From: Octopus sinensis
Lineage: Eukaryota
Assembly: GCF_006345805.1 (NCBI RefSeq)
Contig: NC_043006.1
Span: forward strand, 18,352,001-18,416,000
Direction: 5' to 3'
DNA length: 64,000 nucleotides
Below, in pieces: positions 63,767 to 64,000 of the stretch. Numbering within the stretch: position 1 is the stretch's first letter; each line of letters begins with the position of its first letter. Both the position numbers and the translations under genes were made by a program. The notes beneath the pieces were generated by a model that had not been told where the DNA came from, did no database searches, and saw nothing but the letters and a program-made list of their open reading frames with translations.

Positions 63767-64000
63767 AATTTGGAGGTTGTTTCTATAAATCTAAAATATG
63801 ATAATTACTAAGGGTGCTAGGCAGCAAGCTGGCAGAACCATTAGCGCACTGGGCAAAATGCTTAGTGACATTTTGTCCATCCTTACATTCTGAGTTCAGA
63901 TTCTGCCAAGGTCAACTTTGCCTTTCATCGTTTTAGGGTCGATAAAATAAGTACCATTTAGGGATAAAATAAGCACCAGTAGATGAGTCAATTAAATCAA

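Overview
Eukaryotic, AT-rich, very repeat-dense genomic DNA. The SINE families and microsatellite load point to an octopus genome (inference). The only host coding sequence I can support is three small + strand exons (873-998, 8394-8520, 28471-28553). They splice in frame into a TPR-type peptide resembling TTC23. These exons are separated by alternating minor (U12, AT-AC) and major (U2, GT-AG) introns, including one complete ~19.95 kb AT-AC intron (8521-28470). The rest of the window is intronic or unassigned and consists of several tRNA-head SINE families, (GAT)n- and (AAT)n-tailed retroposons, decayed Tx1/L1, R4/Dong, Penelope and RTE-like retroelements, a Helitron cluster, Tc1/mariner/Tigger remnants, TTAA MITEs, long hairpins, a SINE-derived 95-bp tandem array and microsatellites. 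Most ORFs in the supplied track are microsatellite or repeat artefacts. I found no clearly new multi-gene system. The best leads are the U12/U2 alternating splice architecture, an R4/Dong element with a twin-priming-type inversion, a GGT target signature in one SINE family, and a Helitron head-to-tail junction with promoter-like cargo.
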